From the NCBI RefSeq assembly GCF_036321535.1, contig NC_087436.1:37946001-38010000 (forward strand): 64,000 bases of DNA. Direction: 5' to 3'. Positions within the stretch are counted from its first letter, which is position 1. Each line of letters starts with the position of its first letter. Of the stretch, positions 41,290 to 53,205 are shown piece after piece. The position numbers and the translations under genes are program-made. The notes under the pieces are model-generated. The model did no database searches and was not told the DNA's origin. It worked only from the letters and a program-made list of their open reading frames with translations. This stretch comes from Camelus dromedarius (lineage: Eukaryota).

Positions 41290-41990
41290 CACTTGGGACT
41301 ATAATGCACTAGATATGTTTTTCTTTACTCTTACTATTTATATCTGTGGTTTGTTATTATTAGTTAAATTTTGGAAAAATCTCAGCTTTTCCCCCCAAAT
41401 ATTTCTTTGGTCCCTTTCTTTCTCTTTTTCTAATGAGATGCCAAGTACATATGGTAAAATGTTTGACATTGTTCCGTAGCTCTTGGTAGTTCTATTCTGT
41501 TTTTGTTTGTCTCTGTATCTTTGCGTTTTTGGTTTCTAATTTCTATTGGCGTGTTTTCAGTTTCACTGATTCTTTTTCTATTGTGCTCAGTCTGCACATT
41601 GAAGGATTTTATCTTTGATATCATTTTTTTAATAATATTTCCATTTGGCTTTTTAACAATAGTTTACATGTCTCTATTGCAAACGCCCATTTGTTCATGC
41701 ACATTGTCCACCTTTTCACTGGGTTCTTTGACAGTATTAATTACAGTTATTTAAATTCTCAGGTAGTTCCACCATCTGGGCCATCTTTCAATCTTGCTGT
41801 GTTCTCTGCTCTCTCTGATAATGGGTTGGAGAGGGTTTGCTTTTTGTGTGTCACACAAAATTCTGCTTGAATTATTATGACGTGTGAAGGAACAGTAGAG
41901 ACTGAGGTGAATACTATTTACACCTGAAGTAGGCACGCCTCTTCTCTTACCAGGCCCTTCACAGGAAAGGCTGAGCTGGTCTAGTCAGTC
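41290..41990 (-). mobile_element. Old L1 fragment covering the ORF1 region
   Basis: Motifs ttaaattttggaaaaatctcagc and gtttgacattgttccgtagctc. Minus-strand ORF 41430-41624 retains L1 ORF1p coiled-coil-like text (RKRISETEN). Confidence 0.65.
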
Positions 41991-43867
41991 GTGATGCTGG
42001 CTCTGGGTCTCCTTGTTGCTCTGCTCACCGTAGTTTTAGTCTCCTTCCATGGTGCTCTGCTGTCTGCATGTGCTTTGTGGGTGGCCTGGAGGGCCAGAGG
42101 ATCCACAGAAAGCCTGCTCCATCATCAGGTTCTAGCAGACCCCGCATGCCTTTGCCGCAGAAGAGGTCTTCCACCTTCTCTCCTTCATGTGCTTTTTTCT
42201 TTACTTGGGTGACGTAGGAAACACCTTTTGGGAGGGAGTAGGATCTTTTTTGAGTGGGGGACACTGGACACGGTGGCTTCAACCAAGACTTAAAGAACAG
42301 TGTCAGTGATAATATTAATTTTCCCAGGACTTTTAGACTTGGAAATGCCCCAGGCACAATGCCAGGGCCCCCATCTCTGTTGTGTTTTGTTTAAAAGGCC
42401 TTCTTGGCCACCCTGAACTGTGTCTGAGGTATAAATGCCAGTTGCTTAATTCTTACATGTAAGGTCTCAAGTCCATTTTAGTACATTATACTTATAGATC
42501 ATCTGGAAACTATGGGCCTTAGGTTTGTGTTGTCTTAGACACATTGAGCCAAAACACTCACTGTCAGTGTTACTGTACATGCTGATAATTCCCATTTTGT
42601 AAACATTAGGTTCAAAAGAAATTGTATTTTGTAACCAAGTACTGCAGAAAGCTCATGTCTTATTAAGTCACTTTTAATTTTCAACATGGAAAACACCTGG
42701 ACCTATTAGAAAGTTATTTCAGAAACCCAGCCTTTTGAACACTAGTTAAAACACCCAATTAGCCTGCACAGGTCTCAGCGTTCTAAGATCACAGCTGTGT
42801 CTCCAGCCTGGTGTGTAGGAACAGCCAGATTAGTTATTAAAAATATTAAAATGGAATTAATTGCCAGTGATTAAAACTATGTCATTCTATATTTTGTTAA
42901 TTTTCTTTCATGAAGCCGTCTATCCCTGATCTTCAGGCGGTCAGATTTTTGGTGAGTTTACAAATGTGTGCACTTTGCATTTTCTTCAGACACCATGTGG
43001 TGAGACGCTGGGTCTCCAAGCCCAGACCGGAGCGGGTGTCTCGGAGTCCCCAGGCATCCGGCGCTGCTGGATTGACCTGGGCGCTTTGGGGTGTAATCCG
43101 ACGTAGCAGCTTGAAAACTATGCCAAACAGCCTGACCAGAGCGTCCAGCTGCTGAATCACGTGGCAGCAATGTAAGCTTGATGTTGAAGGCAAAAGAAAA
43201 AAGGTGAATTTATTATGGGTGAAGAGGTTGTTGGAGGAGTGAGAAGTGGATGCAAAGGGGAAGAGGCGAGAAGGATTCCCACGGCTACAGGAGTATGCTA
43301 TAGGATTTCTGTTCGCCTTGGTTAGGAACAGTAGGTGGTCTCTTAAGGATGAGAATCAGCTTGGAATCCTCATGAACACATTATGAGGCATGCATAAAAA
43401 TCATAGGAGAGAGATGCAGAAGGAAGTCTGTTGAATCAGGTAGGCGGTGGGCGAGTGGGTCGCAGGAAATGCTAGAGAGAGAGGGTGGTGTCTGAGCCGA
43501 GCTCTGAGGACTATGGAGGGGAGTATGCCCAGCAGGTGTGACCACATGAGCAGAGTGAGAAAGGTCCTTACAGATCCAGTTAGGATGCCCTGTCCACTGG
43601 GACAGAGTCCAAGGGTGCATGTTGAAGTCTGACTACAGCTGAGACAGGCTAGGGCTGAAGAGTTGTTTTGTGTGCTGTATTTTGAGTAGGGAGCTGACGT
43701 TCTCAGCTCTCTTTCCGGAATGGTTGCCCTGAGGTCGTCCTCTAGGCAGAACTGAAAGTGGCAGGGCTGGAGGCAGGGAGGCCCTGAGGCAAGCATTCTG
43801 GGCCCAGCTGAACTAGACACAGCACCCACACCAGGCAGTCATGGGGTTTGAAAGTAGGGAGCATGAT

Positions 43868-44002
43868 GGGGAAGGACATAGCTCAGTTGTGGAGCGTGTG
43901 CTTAGCATGCATGAGGTCCTGCGTTCAATACTCAGTACCTGCTCTAAAAATAAATAAATAAGTAACCCTAATTACCTCCCCTCAACAAAAATTAAAAAAA
44001 AA
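43868..44002 (+). mobile_element. tRNA-derived SINE, camelid vic-1-like
   Basis: A box tagctcagttgtgg, degenerate B box gttcaatac, (TAAA)n, ctaattacctcccc and an A tail. Degenerate TSD aaagtagggagcatgat (43851-43867) versus aaagtaaggaacgtgtat (44003-44020). Confidence 0.88.
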
Positions 44003-45280
44003 AAAGTAAGGAACGTGTATGAGATACTTCTGAAATAGTCTTGACGAGGTTTGTACAGGTAGTGCATGTGGGTGGCGAAGAGTAGGGAGGAAGCACAGCT
44101 GAGCCTGAGATGCCAAGCTGGGCACCTTGCGGGACAGTGATGTTCCTCAGAGGCAGGAAGAGTAGGCAGTGGCTTTAGAGGGAGAAGAGCGGGGGAGGGG
44201 GAGGTGCTGGGCACACACCTGTGTAGGCTAAGTACTGGGGGAGCATGCTCAGCTATTTGTTTTCATATCTAGATAAAAGGAAGAGAGTTTTAAATTTTTA
44301 ATAATGTTTTCAAGTTTATTATGATGTTAGACAAAACTCTGAATTTTTTTTAATTTTTAATTTTTCTTAAATTCATCAGCTTTTGTGAGTAGGACAAGAG
44401 GATGTGGTTCATTTCAATTATTTGAAACATATTTAATTTGGGTTTGGCATTAATAAATCTTTTTATTGTTTCTAGAACCCCCGTATTTCTTGGGGGAATT
44501 TTATATGGTTCGCAAATGAATTGTTCAAGATAAGTGGCTTTAAGATACCATTGTATTTTATTTGACTCAGAAAATATACCTGCATGAAATTGAACATTCT
44601 TATTTGATCACAATAAGCTGCCTTTTCTCTGTAAAAGAGAGAATCAGACCATTTGAAAAATAACTTTCTCTTGGGGACTGACAGCATCATTTTCTCCCTT
44701 TCTTTCCCCCTTTTCCTGTGTGAAAAGTCTTTTTGATAGTCATTAACCCATTTAGCAGAGTGTCCTCTTTCCTTATGCTCTGGGCAGCTATGCTCATGAG
44801 CTAGTCAGCTCTCTAAAATCACCAGCAAAGGACGTTTTCAGTTTCTTGGTAAGGAATATTTTTTAGGCACACCAGGTGATACTCCTAAAATTAGGACTTT
44901 TGGTCCAGGCATTCTAGAATGTGAGGAGTGGTTCCCTGAATTTCCCTAGGCTTTGAAAGTAAGAGATAAAATTTTTAAATAGATTGAATTTCATACTCTA
45001 GACGAATTTACTGTGTCAGTAAATTACCCTATAGGAAAACAGACAAACGTCTTTAGTGGAGTTAAATTCTGTTTCACTATATTTAGGGTTCTAAGAGTAG
45101 AGTTCCATTGATGTAAGGGATTAAACTGGACCTAGGTGTCAAATGTGATTTTTCTGCAGTTTTTTTAGATTGGTGCTTATATTTTCATTGAGTATTTTTG
45201 CACCTAACTTGATTTTTGGAAGAAAAAAAAAAACTAGTACTGTCCACCTGAAACATAAAGTGCATTCGTTGGAATAATGG

Positions 45281-45842
45281 TGTGGTAAGATCGCCTCCGA
45301 GATGGTTGCCCTCAGTTTCTTCCCTCCCGATAATCACATGCTGCTCTTTACATCAGCAGGCAGAGCTCAACATCCTTTCCTTTGAATCTGGGTTGGCCAC
45401 AATGACTTGCTTGATCCACAAAATGCAGCAGAGGGGACAGTCTGGGACCTCAGAGACTAGGTAGTAAGAAACCTTGCAGGTTCTGCCTGCGTCTCTTGGA
45501 ACCAACCACCATGCTGCGAGGACCCTAGGTCATGTGGAGAGGACACAGGGAGGTGCCCCACACCCACTGCCAGCCTACACGAACTGCCAGCCAAGTGAGT
45601 AAGCTGTTTTGGACACCTAGCCCAGGGGAGCCTTTAGGTGACTTCAGCTGCAGCCAACTGACTTCAGCTACAAGAGAGACTCTTAAGAGAGAACATTGCC
45701 TCTGTAACAGCCAATCCATAAACCCAGTCAATCCCCCCACCCCACCGCACCCCAGTAATCCATAAAACCGTGAGAAATGCTAACTTCTTTTAGTCACTAA
45801 AGTTTTGAGGTGGCTTATGATGCAGCAATAGATACAGGAACA
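45281..45842 (+). mobile_element. MaLR solo LTR (MLT1F/G-like)
   Basis: TG...CA ends, cctttgaatctgggttggccacaatgacttgctt, and 3' end cactaaagttttgaggtggcttatgatgcagcaatagatac. Confidence 0.8.
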
Positions 45843-46594
45843 GGGGCTAAATATCACATAATGCTGAGTAGGTATTTAATTTTGACGTATGCTTCTATAT
45901 TTTAAAGTCATTGACACTTCTGGACAAAGTGTTACAGTGAGCACTTAACACACATTCCTAGACAGAAGTTAGCTGTTGGAATCACAACGTCATCCTTTAG
46001 CGATGGGAGCTGTATTTTGTAATTGGAAAAACAGAATTCTTAAAATTCAGTTTAAAAAACAATACGATTGTTCAGAAAGGCATACACTGTTCTGAAAAAG
46101 ATTTCAGAGACCCAGAAACAAGTGAACTTTAAGGCTCTCTTGATACTTATGTACTATTTAATTCATAGCATAGATCCAAAGTCTGATGGCAAATTTGCTT
46201 ATGTAACCCTGAAATTTGTGTAAGTGAGTTAAATTAAGAACTTCCTTTTAAAAAAAATAGGCCTTCTAATCGGTGTGGCACTAAGACGGCTGAGGTGACT
46301 AGGCTTACTGCCATCATAATGTTTTCTCATCCATACTTTCTAGAAAGTTAGGTGACGACCAAAGAATCTAAAACTGGGTTATCATCAGTATTACAATCAC
46401 GAATAACACCTGTCTGGGGGCCTTGGGTGTGTAATTCTTGCCTTTGGGGCTGGTGGTCTGGCCAACTCAGTCGGGGTGTGGTCTCTACTCAAACATAACG
46501 ATCATGAATAGACAGACAGTTGGGTCACTGCCTGTTTAGAGCTTCCTTTCAGATTAGGATACTTTCCGATCACAGCTCTTTAAAATACACAAAC

Positions 46595-46752
46595 CTCAGT
46601 TTTTGAATTTAATGCACTTACTGGTATAATTTGTTTATGTGTTTCTCCTTTTAGACCTCGACTTTCACGTGGACAGGAATTTTACACCTCTTTTCCCTCT
46701 GTATCTGTATGCCTGGCGCTTAGTGGGTTATCAAAATTTTTGGATGAATGAA
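46595..46752 (+). mobile_element. L2 3' tail
   Basis: ctctgtatct...gcctggcgcttagtgggttatcaaaatttttggatgaatgaa. Confidence 0.55.
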
Positions 46753-46830
46753 GTTAAATTATATCAGTAGTAAACTATATTAATTTACCAAATTAACTCT
46801 GCAAACATATAGCTAAATACAGTATATGAA

Positions 46831-46935
46831 TTCATTCATTCATTTATTCAACAAACATTTAGTAAATGACTACAGCATGCTATGAACTGAGAATATAACA
46901 ATCAACAAATTGTCCCTACCCTCAGTGGAGCTTGG
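46831..46935 (-). mobile_element. L2 3' tail (opposite orientation)
   Basis: ttcattcattcatttattcaacaaacatttagtaaatgactac...gtccctaccctcagtggagctt. Confidence 0.75.
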
Positions 46936-49900
46936 AGTCTGTTAATCATAATAAGTGTAATTCTTGCTTAATCAGCAATTCCTGCTCATACTCTGAAGGT
47001 CTGAGAAGACAAGAGTGTGTCTACTCAGTGGACATTTATTTGCAACATGCCCATTATGTGCTAGAAACTGCAGGGTCACAGGCCCTGCCTTGTGTCCACC
47101 AGGAAAGGTTATTTTAAGTAATAAATAGTAACAAGTGTGCAAAGTGATGGAGCAGGAAAACCCTGGGTCCCAAGTGTGTAACCAGGCACCAAGCCTAGTC
47201 CTGAGGTCCCCGTGCTTTGGCGTGGCGCGCTCCTGGCTCACGGTGGTCTCCTTCCTTGTGTTGGTTGTCATCTGTTACATCTGCATCTCTGCGTTCCCTC
47301 ATGTGACAGTGGGTGAGAGCCAGTTCTCTCTGACTAGGGAGGGGTGGGTGCCTGTACACCTCAGTGCTCGATGCACTGTGTTCATATACACTGGGCCTGC
47401 TTTTCCCTGCCCCATCTTGGACTGTTTTTGTCATCTGGCTTTAAAGACTTTGCTCTGAGAGGTCTGTTTGCCCAGGAGGGAAGGCAGGGGCATGTGGTCC
47501 TATGATGGAGCCATTCCCACCCCTTTACCTGCCTTGGCACACCTGGCAGAGGAGGCTCAGGTGGGTTGTGTGCCTCAGGCCACAGCATGGACTGCGTACA
47601 GTTCTTCGAGCTTCAGCCGAACCCCTGCTGCTTACTTGCTCACTGAAGACAGCATTCGGGATGGAAACCAAATGATCATGTTATTAGGGGATAACATTAA
47701 AATTCATCTCATTTGTCGAAAAGCAAGTAGATCATGTGCAAACTTATTAACAAGAAACCACTTGACAACCAGTCACAGTATATCACCGCACCAAGGCTTT
47801 GAGGTTGTGCCCATTGATCTGAAGATTGTCCCTCTTGGATCCCAGGATACAGGATAATTCATTTCTTCTGCAAGCATTTATTTAAGACTACTCTGTGCCA
47901 GGACTGTACTGGGTGCCAGGGATGCATGGTTGAACATAGGGTGCAAGGTGCCTGGGAGTTTCAGGTCATTTCGTGTGAAGGATAAGGTTAGAGAGGGTGT
48001 AATTAAAAAAGGAGGCTTCCAGGGTGAGCAGAGGACGGGTGATGAAGGCTCTCTGGGTGCTGGATGGAAGTGTTTGGACTTCACCCTGAGGGCTGTTGAG
48101 AAGCCGTAAAGGTCAGTGGCTTCAGAGTTTTGGCTCTTTCAGGCCCTGCTAAGTGCTTTGTTTCTAGCTGGTTGCTGGCCAGTACTAGCCTCACGCTGTC
48201 AAGTGGCTTTGTTCTCAGACCTTGGAGAGTTTTTTGTTCTGTGGTCATCCTCAGCGCTCGGTGACCCTGTGGACTCTCCTCAGTCTGCTAGTAACTTCTC
48301 ACTATTTTCCCCAGATAGTTTGGGACAGGGACAAGAAGTGTTTCAGGCAAATACTCAACAGGCAAACCATCCCTGGAGAAACGGCAAAAGCCTTTTCCGG
48401 TGGCCTTTTCCTAGTCGACACTCGGTCTCCCGTTTTCCCCACTGCTTTAGACTAAGGAGTAAAACAGCTACGTAAAGTCAGATGGCTCTGCCTCCTACCC
48501 ACCTTCCAAACCTGCCGGGAAAGCTCTTTTCAGCATTTGAACTGATCCACTCTTTTCTGCTCCAGAAAGGTACGGTGACACAAATACATATATCATAGGA
48601 GTGCCTTTTCTCCCCCATCTGTCATATTACCCTGAGGGACTGTTACCACAGCTGGCATCAACATGAGATATTGATGAAGCTTTGAGTTCATTATTATTTG
48701 AGCTTATGAGCAGTGTAAAATTCAGACAGAACTTCATTTGAAAGGATTGTTTGTGGAATATTTGGTTAACTGATTTATGCTGCTGTTATCCTGAACAATA
48801 GGAATCAAATCAGACCCCTGTGTTATAAGTTGCAAATACTTAACGATGACATGTGGCCTTTCTTGATTACCTCACATAATGTCTTAAAAATTAAAAAGAA
48901 AGGAATTTATCTTAGAGCACTCTGTGACAGTTTCTATTCAACTTTTGGTAACAATGACTTCAAACAGTTTTTGCATATACAGAGAACTCCTGATTAAAGA
49001 AAAAAATTTTGACAGATGTGGTATGTTTCTAATTGTAACTTAAGGTTGAGGAGAGCATACATTTGGTCTCAGTTGCCTAATTAAATTCTGCGTCAGCTTC
49101 TGTGGTATGTGCTGTGTATTCAAGGAAGGCTTAAGCAAAAGGTTGAGCCCTTGAGTATTCTGGTGGTCAGGGGAGATGATCAGATAGAGCATGGCAGGGG
49201 CATTGAGAGAAGTAGTCCCAGGGGGGTATAAACACTCAGAGGAGGGGTACCTCCTTCATCCTGAAGAAGGGTGGAGGCAAGGTGTCAGGAGAAGCATGGA
49301 TGGAAGTTTAGTCTGCAGGAGTAGAAACTCACTCTTGAAGTCTCCACAGAATGGGGGGAAGAAAAGATGGAGCAGCAGAAGATCCTCCCAGAGGAAACCA
49401 AAAAGGAGCAGCCAAAGAGGCTGAAGGAGAGCCAGGGGGAAAGAGGGACACCACCACTGAGGGAGAGGAAGGGGTTCAGCGTTTCAATCACACGTGCTGT
49501 CTTCCTCCTGGAGTTCCATGATCTGGACACGTATGGCAGATTCTGGGAAGTCCAGCAGCAAAGATACTTCATGTAGTTTGTTTAACCTAGCATTTGCCAA
49601 CATCATTTGAGCAGAGTGAGCGAGTGAGAGTCTGTGTGTGTGTGTTTTATACCACATCTCACCGAGGGTTGTGTTCTACAAAACACAACTTAAGAAATCT
49701 GGGTCTAACCCGTCCCACGGATGGCTGCCGGGACAGTACTTACAAAGGTCAACTTCGAAGTGTCTCAGTTACTAAAGACGACAAAACCGAACCCATAGTG
49801 GCTCCTCGTTGCCTGCAGACTGGCACCCAGACTGGCCCGAGGTGCCCTCGCCCTCCCAGCCACGCCACCTGCCGTGATCCCCATCCAGCCCCTCCCTCCC

Positions 49901-51189
49901 CGAGCGCACAGACAAACTCTGGGCTTCGGCCAGTATTGATTGCAGGCCCTTCATCCACAGCTCACCACATTTTTCTGCATCTGCTTCGATATTTCTTGAG
50001 GGTACACATAAAATGCCCTTGTTTTCTGGCCTCTTTCTTTGTCATCTTCCCCCCAACCCCCCATCCTTCTCCCTGCAGAGATCTTAGCTCTCCTTAAAAC
50101 TCCTGGTCAGACATCAGTTTCTCTGCAGCTCTTCCTGTCACCTCTGCCGTGGACATCTTTTACTGACACATTCATTGTACTGTATTAGCTCAGTCGTTTT
50201 CACTTCTGTGTCATAGTTTTTCTTTCCTTTATTTTATCCCCTTAGAGCTCAGTTCATTTATTCATTTGATCATTCAGCAATGTAGCTGTATGTCTTAGAA
50301 TTTTATACTTATCCTTATTGATATTTACGTATCTTTTCCATAAAAAGGGAGACTTTCTAAATAGTAAGAAATCATTAGGTATTTGCTGAACTGGCCATCA
50401 AGTGTCAGTTATCATGGGGCTAAGTCAGTGATGCTTTAGTCCAGCCGTCTTCCTTTCCCCGGTACCCGCAGTGGAAACCTGACACGTTGTCGAAGCAGAA
50501 CCAGGATCTGACTGAACTGTGCCTGGTGGGGCCGGGGTGGGGGCAGAGTGCTGTCAGAGAACATCATCTCTTTGGCGGGGGTAGGCCCGTTTGTAGTAAT
50601 AATGTAGGTGTTTCAGGGCTGTCTGCTGAACTCCTTTGTGAACTTGGTGTATCGGCAAAGAGGATATGGAGAACAGTTTGCAGATTTAGCTAAAATCAAA
50701 CTCTATAAATATTTAGCATTTAAGCTGATTGCTGCTTCGCCACCACTATGTTATCTTTAGACATTAATAACATACTTCAAAATTTAAAGGAAAGTAGATA
50801 TTGTCTGAAATGCATAAAGAGAATTTTTCTTTGTTTTTAAGATAGACAATATGCAATTAATTTTTAAAAACAATGATGCTGTTAGTTTTAGGAAAGTAAT
50901 ACACTTCTATACGATTTTCTCTCTGAAACAGAGTTTAATATTCATCTTGGGCTCTATTCAGAGAATTTAAATTACTAAAGTATCGTAAGAATCTGAAATA
51001 AACGACTATCTAGGGTCCCATTAATAGATTTCAAGAACAATGCTGTATTGAGGTTCGTATGTAATTTCCTTTCTTTATAAAATCACCTCAGTTATATTTC
51101 ATAATTTGTGTGCCTTTTTCAATTTTTAATTCCATTATTCATATACATATTTTGATAATACATAGAAGAAAGCAGGTTAATATATTAAG

Positions 51190-51400
51190 TACCCTTATTG
51201 AATTCTTACTATGGGCCAAGCATTTTGATAAGCAAAATCCTATGAAATAGATATAATATCTTATGTTACAAACAAGGGAAGTGAGGCTTGAGAGAATAAG
51301 TAGTTTGTCCAGAGTTGTATGACTAGTACTGAGCAGCACAAAGACTGGAAATGAGATCTCCTCCTCACTGAAGACCTCATTCTTTATTACCGTGTGTATA
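51190..51400 (-). mobile_element. MIR SINE
   Basis: ttattgaattcttactatgggccaagcatt...gggaagtgaggcttgagagaataagtagtttgtccagagtt. Confidence 0.7.
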
Positions 51401-53028
51401 GCTGCCCGGATGTTCTAAGGATTATGTACCACAGTGCAAGAACCAGTCTTTTGAAAAAATTCTAAGAATACTGCTACAGAAGCTCATTAGGCCCACTGGA
51501 CTGCTCCCTGCCAGCCGCCCTTTGCAAGGTCCCCAGGAGTCATGCTGTCCTGTCTGGCTGGAGAAATGCCCCAACATGACTGTCACAAAGGCACCCTTCA
51601 TAGAAAATTATCCAACAGTACCACTATGACCTCTACAGGCTTTTTTCCTTCACTTGTACTTTTTAAACTATTTTAAGGAAAATATTGTTAATATTTTGAA
51701 AGCCACCAGGGAGAGATATTTCATGTCCCTTGCAATCCATTTTAATAAGTGAAATTTCCATGTAGGAGATTTACTCCTCACATTTTACCTAAATCCCTCA
51801 TGTTGCAGATTCTCTGCATCATTGGAAATTAAAACAGCATTTTCAATGTTAAGAACCTTTCAGATCTTTGAAGTTAGCTATTTTGCGTATAGTATTTTTC
51901 CAGGAAGATCCATTTAGGCCAAGAATGACTTCCAAGGTCACGCAGCAAGTTGGTAACAGGATCAGTGGTCAGGCCTTGTGGGCGTGGCTTTGGAGGACCT
52001 GTCAGGCCTCAGTCCTGCTGCCTTCATCGCCAGGAGGTTGTCAGTACTTTTTAAATGCTTTGATTTCAGTATTTCTCTGTCTGACAGTGAAATTTATTCT
52101 TAAATTCATGAAGGAAACAGGGCTTTTAGGATACAAGGTATTTGTTTTGGTTTCAATTTAAATTATCATAGTGGATGGTCCCTTTTTCTCCGTAAAAGAA
52201 GCTTTATTCTTTGATTTCTTTTTCATTCTGGAAGAGGCAGTTAGTGGTTCTAAGAACATGAGTATCGTTTACAGTTTGGCTGACCCAAACCATATTTAGA
52301 TTTAAGTAAAAACCTGCTTCCCCTGAGAAAAATGGAGGCTCTGGTTATCTCTTTCTTACTTTATCCAAGACTAAGTCCTTATTCTCTGTAGCACTTATGG
52401 GTCATTAGAGAGAAAATTGCATCCTTCTGGGGTCCTCAATGCATAGCTTCTAGTGGGCATTAGCTCTGCTGCTTTTGAGGAATGTTTCAACGTGCTGCTT
52501 TAACATGTCTTTATTTAACATTTTAACATTGACTTAAACATGTAAAATTCCATTCTTTTCTTTCAGGTCTCATCTCATTTTCAGTTCTGTTCTCAATTGT
52601 GAATTATTTTTTGTCACAGATATGGCTGTTTTCCAGTCAAAGTGTATTTCTCATATATATGTTCTACTTGGTTTCTCTCCTCGTTATGGGAAGTCTGTAT
52701 AATGTGGGTGCTGCCCTTTCTTGTGACTTCAGTTCTTCTGGAAGGTATCTAAGTACGAATATTAAAAGGTTGATGCCATGCTTGTGATGCAACACTGGGC
52801 AGAGTACATACGTGGGGGTGGATATTGCTTGGTGGAAAGGGTAAGATGAATTTGTACAAAAAAAAATGACTTTACTTAGTTCTATGATGTCATGTGCTCA
52901 TAAAATGAAAGCAGGCATTCACTTAAAGGAAAAAAAAAAATGGAGTTTTTTGTTTTTATGAATTTTTGGATACTATTAAATGTAACTGTTCTCTGAAATC
53001 ATAATTGTGTAGAAACAGAATCAGAAAG

Positions 53029-53205
53029 AATATTTATATTATGTAATATATATAATATATATTATTATGTGATAAATAATTTATATGTGATAGAAATATA
53101 AAATTATATATAATTGTGTAATTTTATAAATATATAAAAATAAATATATGATATTTATAATGTTATAAATAAAATTATAAACATATATAATGTTTATATT
53201 TTTTT
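53029..53205. repeat. Extremely AT-rich low-complexity tract
   Basis: Irregular TA/TAA/TTA runs with very few G or C over about 175 bp. Confidence 0.85.

Noticed and set aside
43868..43945. tRNA-like sequence (also at about 58114-58185)
   Set aside because: These are SINE heads with A tails and TSDs and a degenerate cloverleaf, not tRNA genes.
49594..50097. 167-aa proline-rich ORF
   Set aside because: Non-ATG start, spans a (TG)n repeat and C-rich sequence, no domain.
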